Virus record (IMG/VR): IMGVR_UViG_3300023243_000009 | Span: 32,001 to 96,000 of that record | Reading direction: 5' to 3' (one strand) | DNA length: 64,000 nucleotides | From: a virus | In this document: piece after piece, positions 36,528-48,684 of the stretch | Position numbering within the stretch: position 1 is the first letter of the stretch | Layout of the letters: every line of letters starts with the position of its first letter | Notes under the pieces: model-generated | What the model saw: only the letters and a program-made list of their open reading frames with translations | Told to the model about the DNA's origin: nothing | The model's database searches: none | Program-made: the position numbers and the translations under genes

Positions 36528-36836
36528 CTACCCTTTATTTTTAAAGATGGTGATAATATTTTGAATTTTAGTACATCTTTCATAATCCTCGTAGTTCTCC
36601 ATTATCTTTAGATTTTGCATTAATGTCTCAGGTATATCTTGGGGGTCAACACATATATCAAAATTCATCTTCGAATCCTTAGTATGAATGGATAATATAG
36701 GGATAGTTTTTTTCCTATTTCTATAATGCAATAAAACCTCATCCACAATTAAATTATGGAGGTTTTTATCATTTTCCATAAATAACATTTCCATTTCCTT
36801 TTCAGTTTCAATCTTCCACTTATGTTTAAATTTCAT
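36528..36836 (-). CDS. Hypothetical protein with UVR-like end
   Basis: ENYEDYERCTKIQ. Confidence 0.6.
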   Translation of the reverse strand: MKFKHKWKIETEKEMEMLFMENDKNLHNLIVDEVLLHYRNRKKTIPILSIHTKDSKMNFDICVDPQDIPETLMQNLKIMENYEDYERCTKIQNIITIFKNKG

Positions 36837-36992
36837 ATTAAAAATTTTTTAAAAAATTATCATTAATTTTCTTACCCCGTAATATATGAAATTTATCCTG
36901 GATATCCAACAATTTACTGGCAAGTTTTTTTAAAGTTTTGGATTTTTGTTTATCGTAGTCTTTAATTATTTTATTGTGGTTTTTATTCTTCA

Positions 36993-37634
36993 TTACATTC
37001 GACTAATATATTGGTTAGTACTATCTTCGTCATCATCCCCCAATCCTAATTCCTTTAAACGTTGTAAGTGATATTCATCCATTTCAAAATTAACAGCGTC
37101 TGTAGTATTATTTAAAGGTGTGTGGGATTCTATTTGTTTTTCATCAATAGCGTTAAAAACATCCCCAACATATAAAAAGTAATGGTTATAACATAGTAAT
37201 TCAATATTATTCTGGTTATAGTTATTCCCGTTTTTATCTTTAAAGTGTAATAAAAGTGGAACTCTATAATCTAATACTCTACGTTCACTGAATTTGCATA
37301 TTGAACATTCTTCTTCCAGATATCCTTCTTCAATTAAACGATATTTGATTTTAGAGGGATTAAAATGTGAAGGAGATATCTTACCTTCTATTATATCTAA
37401 TAACGCAGGATCTTTCTTACCATTATTTAAAAACTTAGGTATGCCTTTTCCACTTTGGTTTTTATGTTGGTCAAATAGATTTTCATAACCCTCCTTAGTA
37501 GCTTCATAATTTTTAGCATGTCTTTTATAATGTTGATATGAAACATGAAGGTAGCGGGCGCTAGCCATATTAGATTTTGTTTTAGCCATTGCTGCTAAAA
37601 TTTGAGTCTTACTTAAAGGTTTGGGTTGTGGCAT
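36993..37634 (-). CDS. HNH-like zinc-binding nuclease-domain protein
   Basis: CSICKF...LLLHFKDKNGNN...NIELLCYNHY. Confidence 0.65.
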   Translation of the reverse strand: MPQPKPLSKTQILAAMAKTKSNMASARYLHVSYQHYKRHAKNYEATKEGYENLFDQHKNQSGKGIPKFLNNGKKDPALLDIIEGKISPSHFNPSKIKYRLIEEGYLEEECSICKFSERRVLDYRVPLLLHFKDKNGNNYNQNNIELLCYNHYFLYVGDVFNAIDEKQIESHTPLNNTTDAVNFEMDEYHLQRLKELGLGDDDEDSTNQYISRM

Positions 37635-37636
37635 AT

Positions 37637-37879
37637 TTATTCTTCCTCTTCAATCCCAAATGTAATTTCATATCTCCCTTCGGGGTTAAAGTGGGTTTGG
37701 TATGTTTCTTCTTCCATTATTTCTGTTTCAACCCATGTATCTTCACCTGACCCCTTCATTATAGAAACTCCACGTTTAGTATTTACAGTTGAACAATTTA
37801 CACAAAAGTTATACCCATATTTAGTTAATCTAAGTTCGGGCATATCTCCTTTACATTTTATACATTTTATTTGTTTCAT
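37637..37879 (-). CDS. Zinc-finger protein
   Basis: CIKC...CVNC. Confidence 0.65.
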   Translation of the reverse strand: MKQIKCIKCKGDMPELRLTKYGYNFCVNCSTVNTKRGVSIMKGSGEDTWVETEIMEEETYQTHFNPEGRYEITFGIEEEE

Positions 37880-37921
37880 ATTTGTTTTAGAGTTTTTAAT
37901 AAATATAAAAAATAGGTTTTT

Positions 37922-38854
37922 TTAGGTTAGTTTTTTTACAATATTAATAAAATGTTTTGCTATTGTTAAATAGTTGTAGGTATTTAAAACATATTGCTGG
38001 CTTTGGGATAAATATTTTTCTTTATCAGTATTGATTAGCAAATCTAAGGATTTATTAAAGGAATTTATATTAGAAAATAAATAATCGGATAGATCCACAG
38101 TATTTAAAATATCCCTATATGAGGGGGTATTACTAGCTATACAAGGAATTCCTAGGGTAATAGCTAATGTTAATTTATTGGGGGATTTAATAAAGGTGTT
38201 GATATTATAATCTAAAGGAGAATGGGACAAAATACACCCATCAAATTTTTTAATATCCCCCATAAATGTAGAGGAATTAAAAGGGATGATTGGGAAGTTA
38301 GTGTTTAGTTTGGGGTCTGTAATTAAAGTGAATGACATCAACCCCTTATCAACATATGTTTTTATAATATGTTCATATCTCTGTATGCTTTTATAATAAG
38401 ATTCAGGATAACCAAACCAACATATTTGGGGAGTATTATTTTTCTGTAAGGGGGTATGGGATGAAATTAAGGCATAATCAATAGAGTCATTTAAAACTTC
38501 AACGGGGGTGTCTATTACAGATTCTATAAATAACTTATGCATTAGAGTAGGACACAAAATACAATCTGCAATTTTAGACCAATTTTGTAGTAAAAGATCT
38601 CCCCCAGGGTATACATCATTAAAAATTGTGATGATTTTAACCCCTTTAGATTTACAATCGGTTAGAAAGGAATTTAGTTCTAGAGAAGTAGGATCAAACC
38701 CCCCATTGGAAAATATAACATCCGGGTACGATGTTAAATCTTCTACAAATACACATTCAAAATCTAATTGGGAACTTGCTTTTACTATACTTGAAAATGT
38801 AATTCTATAAACTGCCTCATTTATATCCTTATTACATAAAATTCCTATTACCAT
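37922..38854 (-). CDS. GT-B fold glycosyltransferase-like protein
   Basis: CWFGYPES and KSPNKLTLAITLGIPCIAS motifs. Confidence 0.65.
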   Translation of the reverse strand: MVIGILCNKDINEAVYRITFSSIVKASSQLDFECVFVEDLTSYPDVIFSNGGFDPTSLELNSFLTDCKSKGVKIITIFNDVYPGGDLLLQNWSKIADCILCPTLMHKLFIESVIDTPVEVLNDSIDYALISSHTPLQKNNTPQICWFGYPESYYKSIQRYEHIIKTYVDKGLMSFTLITDPKLNTNFPIIPFNSSTFMGDIKKFDGCILSHSPLDYNINTFIKSPNKLTLAITLGIPCIASNTPSYRDILNTVDLSDYLFSNINSFNKSLDLLINTDKEKYLSQSQQYVLNTYNYLTIAKHFINIVKKLT

Positions 38855-38858
38855 GTTT

Positions 38859-39041
38859 TTATTTTTTTACCCATAACATTATATCATCATATCTCCCTTT
38901 AATCCCTCTTAAATCTATTATCTCAGAATCAAAATTTTTGGAGACTTCTTCCTTTAAGATATAGGCATTTTCAATATAGCTATGAAGGGTATTCTTATCA
39001 GTATTGTAATTTTTTAAATTATATTGATCTAATAAAGTCAT
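38859..39041 (-). pseudogene. SAM-dependent methyltransferase remnant with internal in-frame deletion
   Basis: Only the N-terminal TDKNTLHSYI and C-terminal IDLRGIKGRYDDI ends remain; no SAM-binding core. Confidence 0.55.
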
Positions 39042-39065
39042 TTGTTTATTGTTATTAATTTATTG

Positions 39066-39707
39066 TTATACTTTGTATTTTTGCCTACCTTTAGATTCAA
39101 TTCTGTCATATAAATCATTTTGTTGAATTTGACGGTTTAAATCCTTAAGGTGTAATATACAATACAATTCTTCCTTTGGGAGGGTTGAATATGATTTAAA
39201 TCCTACAATTCTACTATGGAGTAATCCTTCCCATTTAATGTTTGAGAGGTTTTTATATAACCTCATCTGATAATCTGGGAAGTTTACCCACCCCCTTTCG
39301 TTTATATTCCAACCCCATTTAGTTATATACTCTGAGGTTAAATCTGAGACGGTATTTATTCTAGGACAGTAAAACAATTCAATATCTGGGTTGGTAGTTA
39401 ATAGTTGAGGGAGGAATTCTATAAATTCCTTGCTTACTATTTCATCCGCATCTAATTGAAAAATATAATCCCCACTACATTCACTATTAAGATAATTTTT
39501 CTGGGTATGGTCCCCATCAAATTTTCTATAATTTAAATGGATTTCATTTTTATATTTTAGGAGTAATTCCACAGTTAATTCTTCTTCAGAAAAATCGTCT
39601 ACCACCACAATTTCATCTTGTTTCCTTTTATTTTTTATAAGAAAGGGAAGGAGTTTTTCGATATATTTTCCTTCATTATGTGTAAGTATTGCATAACTTA
39701 TTTTCAT
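39066..39707 (-). CDS. Glycosyltransferase family 2 (GT-A)
   Basis: ISYAILTHNE, VVVDDFS, YIFQLDADE, FPDYQMRL. Confidence 0.9.
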   Translation of the reverse strand: MKISYAILTHNEGKYIEKLLPFLIKNKRKQDEIVVVDDFSEEELTVELLLKYKNEIHLNYRKFDGDHTQKNYLNSECSGDYIFQLDADEIVSKEFIEFLPQLLTTNPDIELFYCPRINTVSDLTSEYITKWGWNINERGWVNFPDYQMRLYKNLSNIKWEGLLHSRIVGFKSYSTLPKEELYCILHLKDLNRQIQQNDLYDRIESKGRQKYKV

Positions 39708-39712
39708 ATTAT

Positions 39713-40156
39713 TTATTCTGGTATTACCCTGATATATGAAAGTGCTTCTATGAAATCACGTTCTTCGAAATGTCTTATTGTAGACATATCTGCTCTATAT
39801 TTTTTACCTTTGTATTTATCTTTCTCCTCCTCCGATACTAGAATTGCCTTAGCAGCACCCCACATCCAATTATCTCTTCCGGTTCCATCTGCAAATATTA
39901 TACCTTTATCTTCTACATTAATAGTAGAAGGCATCCAAACCTTACCTGTTTCTTCTTCTTCATCAAGCAATGCTTTATAAAGTTCAGGTAAAACTTCCAT
40001 CTGTTCTTTAAAAAATTCACTTCCTTGTTTCATTAAAGAATTAGAAATAAAACCACACCCATAACACATCTCTAAAGTAATGTCTTTAGTTACTTCTTGA
40101 GTATAACATGCATCGGAACTGCATCTTGAGCACTCTTTTAATTCGTCAAAATTCAT
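39713..40156 (-). CDS. Hypothetical zinc-ribbon protein
   Basis: CSRC...CYGCG. Confidence 0.6.
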   Translation of the reverse strand: MNFDELKECSRCSSDACYTQEVTKDITLEMCYGCGFISNSLMKQGSEFFKEQMEVLPELYKALLDEEEETGKVWMPSTINVEDKGIIFADGTGRDNWMWGAAKAILVSEEEKDKYKGKKYRADMSTIRHFEERDFIEALSYIRVIPE

Positions 40157-40162
40157 ATTATT

Positions 40163-41434
40163 TTATTTTTTTAATTTGGGTAATATTAATTCTACTTGTT
40201 TTGGAAATTCAGGAATATTTTTATCAAAAATACTCTCAACTAATTCTTTCATTTTCTCGTAACTAAAATTATTACGTACGTGGGACCCTTGACGCATTCC
40301 CATAGTTTTGTATTTTTGGTAATTATTAAAAACATCCTTTAACGATGTACCAATATGACCACTGTCAGGTTTAAACCATTTTGCTTCTTTAATTAACCAA
40401 TCATTAGCGGCGCTATCATGGACATTCTCCAAAACTCCAGGAATTAAATATGTAAAACTTGGATGTAAAAAATCTAATTGACCTGAAAATGCTGAGGCTA
40501 TTATAGGTTTGTTTGATAACCCGAATTCTAATAGTGGTCGTCCAAATCCTTCACCTTTAGTAAAACTTACCATAGATTTTACCTTAGGGTGGTTATATAA
40601 TTCATTCATTTCACTGTCATTAAACTCCCCATTCAAAACATAGATATTAGGTAAAGTATGGGATTTAACCGTTTTTCTTATTTGTTTTATACGTTTTAAA
40701 ATTTCATCTCGGCTTATATAAGAAGCAACTCCTACAGAAGTTTTTAATATTAAAGCGGGGGTGTTTTTTTTATTTTTAAATGTTTCATAAAAGGATTTTA
40801 CTAATACCGAAACATTTTTTCTATCATGCCCAAAACTACCTTGCATCCAATGTCCTACAAACAAATAACAAAACTTTTCAGGGATTGTATCTAAATTGAT
40901 ATTAGTGACTTCTGTAGGTTTTAAAGTTTTATAGATGTCTAGATTTGCACCTTCAAATACTACTTCAACATGTTTATTTAATTTGATTTCTCCTAATGTT
41001 CGGTTTGATTTTTGGTCTTTTTTAGCATACGATACCTCTTGTAATATCTTTTTAGAAAAATTAGAAGATACCAAATTCATATCCATTTTATTCATCCCTT
41101 CTATCCACTCATGCTTACATATGGTAGCTTCTATACCTGCGGTGCAACCTATATTATATTTTCCTATAGGTTGGAATTCATTTGGAATTGTGATTTGCAT
41201 CCAAATTTCGGGTTGTGACACCAATTGATTTTCAGGGAGTAAGTGTTGAAGTAAAAATTGCCATTCTTTATGGTCATCACAAAACCCCCAAGAAGTAGAA
41301 CCCCACCTTTGAGCCATTAATTTAACATCATATTTATCTGTTTCTATAATGGCTTTTATTATGTCTCGTGATCGGGCACCATACCCACTATAGGTATCCA
41401 TCGGTGAGGAAATTACAAATGTTGGTTTACTCAT
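40163..41434 (-). CDS. Glycosyltransferase family 4-like (GT-B)
   Basis: SGYGARSRD, DRKNV, KGEGFGRPLLE. Confidence 0.85.
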   Translation of the reverse strand: MSKPTFVISSPMDTYSGYGARSRDIIKAIIETDKYDVKLMAQRWGSTSWGFCDDHKEWQFLLQHLLPENQLVSQPEIWMQITIPNEFQPIGKYNIGCTAGIEATICKHEWIEGMNKMDMNLVSSNFSKKILQEVSYAKKDQKSNRTLGEIKLNKHVEVVFEGANLDIYKTLKPTEVTNINLDTIPEKFCYLFVGHWMQGSFGHDRKNVSVLVKSFYETFKNKKNTPALILKTSVGVASYISRDEILKRIKQIRKTVKSHTLPNIYVLNGEFNDSEMNELYNHPKVKSMVSFTKGEGFGRPLLEFGLSNKPIIASAFSGQLDFLHPSFTYLIPGVLENVHDSAANDWLIKEAKWFKPDSGHIGTSLKDVFNNYQKYKTMGMRQGSHVRNNFSYEKMKELVESIFDKNIPEFPKQVELILPKLKK

Positions 41435-42873
41435 TAGTATATTATATTATGTTTTAAAAATTTACCTTTATAATCGTTGGCATTTATTATTTCATATTTT
41501 TCTCTGGGTTCCCATGTTGAAAATAATTCATCAAACGCCCCCATAACTCTATTAGCCTGATGCTTAGAATTAAAACCTGCTTCTTCACTTAAAGCCCATT
41601 CTCTGCCTTTTAATCCTCTTGCTTTACGTTCTTCAGGATCTAAATCATATATTGCTTTAATTTGTTTAGAAGCGTCTTCCCATTCACATCTATCGTCAAA
41701 AATATAAGGTGTTTGAGATGAACCTTGGATAGATCTAGATGTTGGGTAAACGGGAAATGCCCATTCTCCATGTTCTTTATAAGTTCCTCTATGGTTAGAT
41801 GGGATTTCAGGTGAAGGGGTAAACCATTCCCCGTTTGAATCTACAAATCTCATTTGATCTTGCATACCTCCTGTAACATTAGCTATTATGGGGGTTCCAG
41901 ATAACATAGCTTCAGTTAAAGTTAAACCCCAACCCTCATTAGAAGTAAGTAATATCTGTACGTCTGCTATATTATATAAATAATTTAGTTGTGTTTGGTG
42001 GTATTTTTGAGTAGAAAATACAATTGTATCTTCATATTCTTCATCAAAAAAATATTCTTTAACCACTTCTAAATCTGTCCCGTGGTCTGATGTCAATTCA
42101 GTATGTAGTACCATTCTACATTTTAAAGCCTCTTCCTTAGGTAAACTATCTAAAAAATGTCTAAAGGCTAACATTGCATCCGGGATTTGTTTTCTTCTAA
42201 TATTTCTTGAGTTGAAAAACAGTACAAATTTGGGATCAAACCCACCAAATAATATCTTTTTAAATTGAACAAAACCCTGGTCTGTTTTAGATACAGGTTT
42301 GTATACATCCTCATTTAGACCATGGGGTATGTATTTAAAAATTTTATTTTTACCCTTATCACCTAAAACAATTTTATTAATGTTTACAGTTTGTTTTGAT
42401 ATTCCCATTAATAAATCACAAGCCTCATAGTAAGGTTGGTTGTACATTGGAGCAGGATAATCGTCCCAAATGTTTAGATAGGTAATAGGAATTTTACGAC
42501 GTATTTCATGTTCCATATTGAAAATCCAAGTAAAATATCTAGGATCTGTAATTAACATGATGGCATCAGGTTTTTCTGATGCTATTATTTGTCGTAATGT
42601 ATCGGGGTTGCCATATCCATCTTGTGGGTATAAAAATAGAGAAGAATCATCAATCTCCATTAAAGTATTAGTACTTTGACTTAAGTCTAATTTTTTCCCT
42701 TTTTCAGGATGATTAATGGCTCCTGCCATTTGCACCCAATTAAAGTGGTGTGATGTATGAGTTACAATTTCTTTGGCAATAGTTGCAACACCAGAATGTA
42801 CTCTAAGGTCATCACATAAGAGGAGTATTTTTTTCCTTTCTTTTTGTGGAAGATGTTTAAAACTTTTATTCAT
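41434..42873 (-). CDS. Glycosyltransferase family 4-like (GT-B)
   Basis: SRNIRRKQ, NEGWGLTLTEAMLSGTPII. Confidence 0.85.
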   Translation of the reverse strand: MNKSFKHLPQKERKKILLLCDDLRVHSGVATIAKEIVTHTSHHFNWVQMAGAINHPEKGKKLDLSQSTNTLMEIDDSSLFLYPQDGYGNPDTLRQIIASEKPDAIMLITDPRYFTWIFNMEHEIRRKIPITYLNIWDDYPAPMYNQPYYEACDLLMGISKQTVNINKIVLGDKGKNKIFKYIPHGLNEDVYKPVSKTDQGFVQFKKILFGGFDPKFVLFFNSRNIRRKQIPDAMLAFRHFLDSLPKEEALKCRMVLHTELTSDHGTDLEVVKEYFFDEEYEDTIVFSTQKYHQTQLNYLYNIADVQILLTSNEGWGLTLTEAMLSGTPIIANVTGGMQDQMRFVDSNGEWFTPSPEIPSNHRGTYKEHGEWAFPVYPTSRSIQGSSQTPYIFDDRCEWEDASKQIKAIYDLDPEERKARGLKGREWALSEEAGFNSKHQANRVMGAFDELFSTWEPREKYEIINANDYKGKFLKHNIIY

Positions 42874-42903
42874 ATAATAACTTTTTATTAATATAATAAA
42901 TTT

Positions 42904-43083
42904 CTATTCCGAGGCCAAATTATGGTTTGTTATTTTTCTCCTAAATTCCTCATCTTTCATATAAAGTTCAATAGCACGTTCAGATAGTTTTTGAAATGAG
43001 AATTTCCTTTTGATACACTCAATTTTAAATTCTTCCCATAGATTCCCATCTATTTTTACACTTGTTAATTTTTGATTACTCAT
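42904..43083 (-). CDS. Ribbon-helix-helix DNA-binding protein (59 aa)
   Basis: Hand-translated MSNQKLTSVKIDGNLWEEFKIECIKRKFSFQKLSERAIELY... Confidence 0.65.
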   Translation of the reverse strand: MSNQKLTSVKIDGNLWEEFKIECIKRKFSFQKLSERAIELYMKDEEFRRKITNHNLASE

Positions 43084-43131
43084 AGTTTGTATATTTGTAT
43101 GTTTGTATTGTTTAATATAAATATATATAAA

Positions 43132-44103
43132 TTATTCAAAACATATCCCTTCACCACAATTCTCCTTATCTAATTTAAATGGACAGAAACCACAATTCCA
43201 TTTGCTGGCGTTTTTAGGGTAGTCTATGTTTTTAATTTCCCCAGTTGAATTAAAACAGGTGGTTATGAAATGGTTTATAGCATTTTTAGCTTTATTTAAT
43301 TTAATTTTACCACTAGGGGGAACAAAAATTTGAACTCTGTATGATTGGTGTGGTGACATTAATTTCTCATCATCCCAATCCAATACTTTACGTTTAACTA
43401 TAAAAAATTCTATTTCTATGTTTTCTAACGGGATATTGTATTGTTCAGAGAAAAATTGCTTATATAAAAGTAATTGATATTGTTTATCTTCATTTTTTTT
43501 ATCTTGATCCCTCCACCCCCTAGTGCTTGTTTTAATGTCAATTATTTTAAAGGTGTTTGTAGGTTCATGGTATAACACAATATCTAAGTATCCGGTGTAT
43601 AGTACGTTATTATATCCCTTATTTGGTGCTATTACTAATGGGAGTTCACAACCCACTAAATAAGTACCTTTTTTTGTGAAATAAGAACTACGTTTTTTCT
43701 TAAACCAATTTAGAATACCTACCCCATCTTCAAAAAACTCCCTCATTTCAATTGCTGATGAGAAGTGTTCGTTTTTATTTGATTTATATTGTTTTTGGTA
43801 TTCTTCTATAAAGGTTTTTTGGAAAGTGTCTTCCATATCAATTTCCCTATCTGCGGCGGCAAATGATGTTTCGTACGCTACATTTAGATAATTTTGCATT
43901 ACTTCATGTATAGAGGTCCCAAAAACAGTATGTATTGAAGATGTGAATCGTTTAATTCTTTCTTTATACTGAAGTTTCCATCTGTGGGGGCAATTCCTAA
44001 AAATTGACATCTGAGAATGGGATACATTCTTTTGGTAAGCATAATTCACCAGTGAGGGTGGATTATTTCTTATTTCTTTTACTATTTTTGGGATCTTTTT
44101 CAT
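43132..44103 (-). CDS. PD-(D/E)XK exonuclease, Cas4/RecB-like with Fe-S Cys motif
   Basis: CPHRW, GYLDIV, IIDIKT, QLLLY, CGFCPF...C. Confidence 0.85.
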   Translation of the reverse strand: MKKIPKIVKEIRNNPPSLVNYAYQKNVSHSQMSIFRNCPHRWKLQYKERIKRFTSSIHTVFGTSIHEVMQNYLNVAYETSFAAADREIDMEDTFQKTFIEEYQKQYKSNKNEHFSSAIEMREFFEDGVGILNWFKKKRSSYFTKKGTYLVGCELPLVIAPNKGYNNVLYTGYLDIVLYHEPTNTFKIIDIKTSTRGWRDQDKKNEDKQYQLLLYKQFFSEQYNIPLENIEIEFFIVKRKVLDWDDEKLMSPHQSYRVQIFVPPSGKIKLNKAKNAINHFITTCFNSTGEIKNIDYPKNASKWNCGFCPFKLDKENCGEGICFE

Positions 44104-44108
44104 TCAAA

Positions 44109-44573
44109 TTATTTACGCCATTTATCTCTACCAACTAACAAACCTATTATTCCATAATTTGCTATATCTATAAATGTATCTTCCATCCCTTCACCCTCAA
44201 CAAAACTTTTTCCATTAACTAATAAATTTTTTAAACGTGATATTTTATCCGTTAATCTAATACACAACCCAGTTAGTGAAAACTTCTTGTCATTGCTATT
44301 ATTAACGATATCTCCGCCCAAAGCAATATTATTAAGTCCATAATCTAAGTGTTTTCTAGCAAATAACTCGTATTGTTCATGTTGTATTTGTTTAAACTCA
44401 TTGGATAGTGCCCCGTATTCGTTTTCAAATATTTGTACTGCATTTTGGGGTACTTCACCTCTCATATTTGTAGGGTGAGTAAGATTTTCCCAATATTTTT
44501 TCCCTATGGGGAATTGGTTATGAGGTAATTTATTTTCCACATTCTCGAAATGTTTTGTTACAGCGCTACCCAT
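44109..44573 (-). CDS. DUF1599 / nucleotide-modification-associated domain 1 protein
   Basis: RKHLDYG, IRLTDKISRL, EDTFIDIANYGII. Confidence 0.8.
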   Translation of the reverse strand: MGSAVTKHFENVENKLPHNQFPIGKKYWENLTHPTNMRGEVPQNAVQIFENEYGALSNEFKQIQHEQYELFARKHLDYGLNNIALGGDIVNNSNDKKFSLTGLCIRLTDKISRLKNLLVNGKSFVEGEGMEDTFIDIANYGIIGLLVGRDKWRK

Positions 44574-44793
44574 TTATTTGTGTAAATTTTAAAAATTGAA
44601 TTTTTAGTTTTTCTATTCTCTCATCAGCATCAATCAACATCCTAAGTGTCTCTTCAGCATTTTTATAAAAATCTTCGGTTGAATGATCACCAATTCCTGC
44701 TGCCTTATTTCCTAATAAATCAAAGGATAGCATGGCTTTTGCTCTATCTGCTTCTGCAGAAGTTAATAACATTTTGTATAATAATGGGTTCAT
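44566..44793 (-). CDS. Hypothetical protein
   Basis: ORF track; overlapping operon. Confidence 0.6.
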   Translation of the reverse strand: MNPLLYKMLLTSAEADRAKAMLSFDLLGNKAAGIGDHSTEDFYKNAEETLRMLIDADERIEKLKIQFLKFTQING

Positions 44794-45203
44794 TTTATAA
44801 TTTTTTTAATTTCTTTATTATCTAATCCTCTATTTGTTAATATACGAACAATATGTTCATTATCCAAAAAATATAAATATTCTTTTACTTCTCTTATAGA
44901 TAGTTTAAAATGGTCCTTTAAGTGTATTAATAATTCATTATTTCTTTCTTTAACTTTAGATTTAATGTATTTACTCCATTTATTATTTTTAGGAATAAAT
45001 TCGACATATACTGAGTATATTTCTTTTTTGTTTTGGGGAGGTATAACTTGTACCTCGTTCACCAATTCTAAAAAATCTTCATTCTGACTTAGAAATCTAT
45101 GAACCATATAACTATTCCAAGTCTCCCAATCTGATTCTGAAAATGAATCAGTGGGAGATTTGGTAGTATTAATTTGTTTTAGCCAATCAAATACAGTTTT
45201 CAT
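44790..45203 (-). CDS. Clamp loader small subunit, gp62-like
   Basis: NSYMVHRFLSQ...IPKNNKWSKYIK; next to the gp44-like gene. Confidence 0.7.
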   Translation of the reverse strand: MKTVFDWLKQINTTKSPTDSFSESDWETWNSYMVHRFLSQNEDFLELVNEVQVIPPQNKKEIYSVYVEFIPKNNKWSKYIKSKVKERNNELLIHLKDHFKLSIREVKEYLYFLDNEHIVRILTNRGLDNKEIKKIIK

Positions 45204-45204
45204 T

Positions 45205-45453
45205 CTAACACAACTCTTCTTTAAGTTCCTCTCTTAAATCTTTTGGGACCGAGTCTTTTAAGATTTTTTTTGTTACAGGATCAAAAAACACAGGGATAGG
45301 AAGAAGAGCATCCTCATCTGTTCCGGTAATAAATTTGGATACTTTACGTAAAATTACTCCTTGTACAAATACACTCCCTCCATCAGAGTTTTTAACTTCG
45401 GTAGTGTTTTTCAAATCAATTGGTGGCATTTGTGCCGATTGTGGGTTTTGCAT
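45205..45453 (-). CDS. Hypothetical protein
   Basis: ORF track. Confidence 0.65.
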   Translation of the reverse strand: MQNPQSAQMPPIDLKNTTEVKNSDGGSVFVQGVILRKVSKFITGTDEDALLPIPVFFDPVTKKILKDSVPKDLREELKEELC

Positions 45454-45454
45454 A

Positions 45455-46375
45455 TTATTTGTTGTTTATTAAATTTTGGATTAAGGACAGGGCATTTATT
45501 TCTTTATCTATACGGAAATTTGCTTTATATTGGTGGTCGTTTATTAACATAGCAACAGTACCCCCTCTATTTGGTAAATATTCTTCAGACCTTTCATATA
45601 GTGATTTAAATAATTCTTCATAATCATTAATATTAGAATCGGCAATAATTTGTCTTATAACTTTAAATTGTGGTTTTGGTTTTGCCAATTCCGTTAAAAC
45701 ATCGTATATATAACTTGAAGAAATAATTAAATCATCATCCAATATTAATACTCCATCTATAGAACTAGATTGTATGGTATTTATCATCTTCCTAATATCA
45801 GGATATGTTTTATTTACGATTTTAGCTATATCTATTAAGTCATAGCTTATTTTCTCTTTATCACATATTCCTGCTATATGAACCGCAACTTCTTTTTTAG
45901 TTGGGGGTTCTACTTTAAAAGTTTGACATCTAGATTGGATTGGATCAATAATACGTTCAATATAATTGCAAGTTAAAATAAATCTAGTACTACGTGAAAA
46001 GGTTTCAATCACATTCCTTAAAGATGCTTGTGCATTTATTGTTAAATAATCCGCTTCATCCAAAATAACCACTTTAAGAGGTTTAAATGATGCCATTGAA
46101 GCAAACCCTGATACTTTATCCCTAATAGTTTCAATACCTCTTTCATCTGAGGCATTTATGTATAGGGATTCGCAATCAAGATTGTTTACTATAATTTTAG
46201 CTAGGGTTGTTTTACCTGTACCCGCCCCGGCATAAAATAGATAGTTTTGTATGTCATTATTCTTTAACTGTCTATCAATTGAAGATTTTAAGGTAGCATT
46301 ACCTACAAAGTTTTCTAAAGTATTAGGTCTATAACGTTCATTAAGCAAAGTTTGTTCTCTATCAAAACTCCCCAT
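45455..46375 (-). CDS. Clamp loader large subunit, gp44/RFC AAA+ ATPase
   Basis: [29 protein letters not shown]. Confidence 0.92.
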   Translation of the reverse strand: MGSFDREQTLLNERYRPNTLENFVGNATLKSSIDRQLKNNDIQNYLFYAGAGTGKTTLAKIIVNNLDCESLYINASDERGIETIRDKVSGFASMASFKPLKVVILDEADYLTINAQASLRNVIETFSRSTRFILTCNYIERIIDPIQSRCQTFKVEPPTKKEVAVHIAGICDKEKISYDLIDIAKIVNKTYPDIRKMINTIQSSSIDGVLILDDDLIISSSYIYDVLTELAKPKPQFKVIRQIIADSNINDYEELFKSLYERSEEYLPNRGGTVAMLINDHQYKANFRIDKEINALSLIQNLINNK

Positions 46376-46628
46376 AAATTGAATATTTTTTAATTGGTTT
46401 AGGTTCTATTTCTTTTTCTGATGTTGCAATAGTATATAATTCTCCTTTAAGTGGGGATAATTTAAAATCCCCAACAAACTTAGTTTTTACAATATAAGCC
46501 TCTAAGGTATTGGTTAAAGATGTATAGATTTTACCTTCAGGACCGTCAGATACTAAGCGATATCTATCACCGGGGGCTTGTCTTATAGCTATTAATTCTA
46601 TTTTGATTTTGTCTATTTTTATTTCCAT
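46362..46628 (-). CDS. Hypothetical protein
   Basis: ORF track; promoter core upstream. Confidence 0.6.
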   Translation of the reverse strand: MEIKIDKIKIELIAIRQAPGDRYRLVSDGPEGKIYTSLTNTLEAYIVKTKFVGDFKLSPLKGELYTIATSEKEIEPKPIKKYSIYGEF

Positions 46629-46650
46629 AGATATAATATACGAAAAAATA

Positions 46651-46677
46651 ATGGGGAAGCCATAAAAACTTCCCCAT
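46651..46677 (-). terminator. Hairpin terminator overlapping the next promoter
   Basis: ATGGGGAAG-N9-CTTCCCCAT. Confidence 0.65.
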
Positions 46678-46682
46678 ATATT

Positions 46683-46850
46683 TTATTTGCTTTCAGCCAC
46701 GGATGCCTTTCGGTATTCGGTTACTAGGTTTTTTATATTACCTAGACTTTTTCTAGCTTCTTGTTGTGATTTTTTTGTAGTTTTATTATGTTTTTCTACA
46801 AAAATGTTAAATAATTCTGTAATCTGTTCAAAAATTTCCTGCTTATTCAT
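46683..46850 (-). CDS. Histone H1-like (Hc1-type) small basic protein, 55 aa
   Basis: Hand-translated ...KKSQQEARKSLGNIKNLVTEYRKASVAESK, resembling Bacteroidota H1-like proteins. Confidence 0.6.
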   Translation of the reverse strand: MNKQEIFEQITELFNIFVEKHNKTTKKSQQEARKSLGNIKNLVTEYRKASVAESK

Positions 46851-46872
46851 TGTTATAATCTAGTTTAAAATT

Positions 46873-48495
<1,623 letters not shown>

Positions 48496-48514
48496 TTTTT
48501 ATTTTGTAAATTTA

Positions 48515-48661
48515 TTATTTATATTTCCATTTATAACCATGTCGTTTTCCGTTTGAATATAAAACATCGTATATGTTTCCGGGAAATGCTAGATTTATAT
48601 CTTTAGCAGAATCCCATTCTTTTATAGGATTTGATTCTAAATATGCAAAGATTTGATTTTC
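48515..48661 (-). pseudogene. Start-less NUMOD1-like homing-endonuclease C-terminal remnant
   Basis: Hand-translated ...PIKEWDSAKDI...GNIYDVL...GYKWKYK; upstream stop and a 13-bp direct repeat at the broken end. Confidence 0.5.
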
Positions 48662-48684
48662 TTACAAAAATTTGATTTTCTTGA

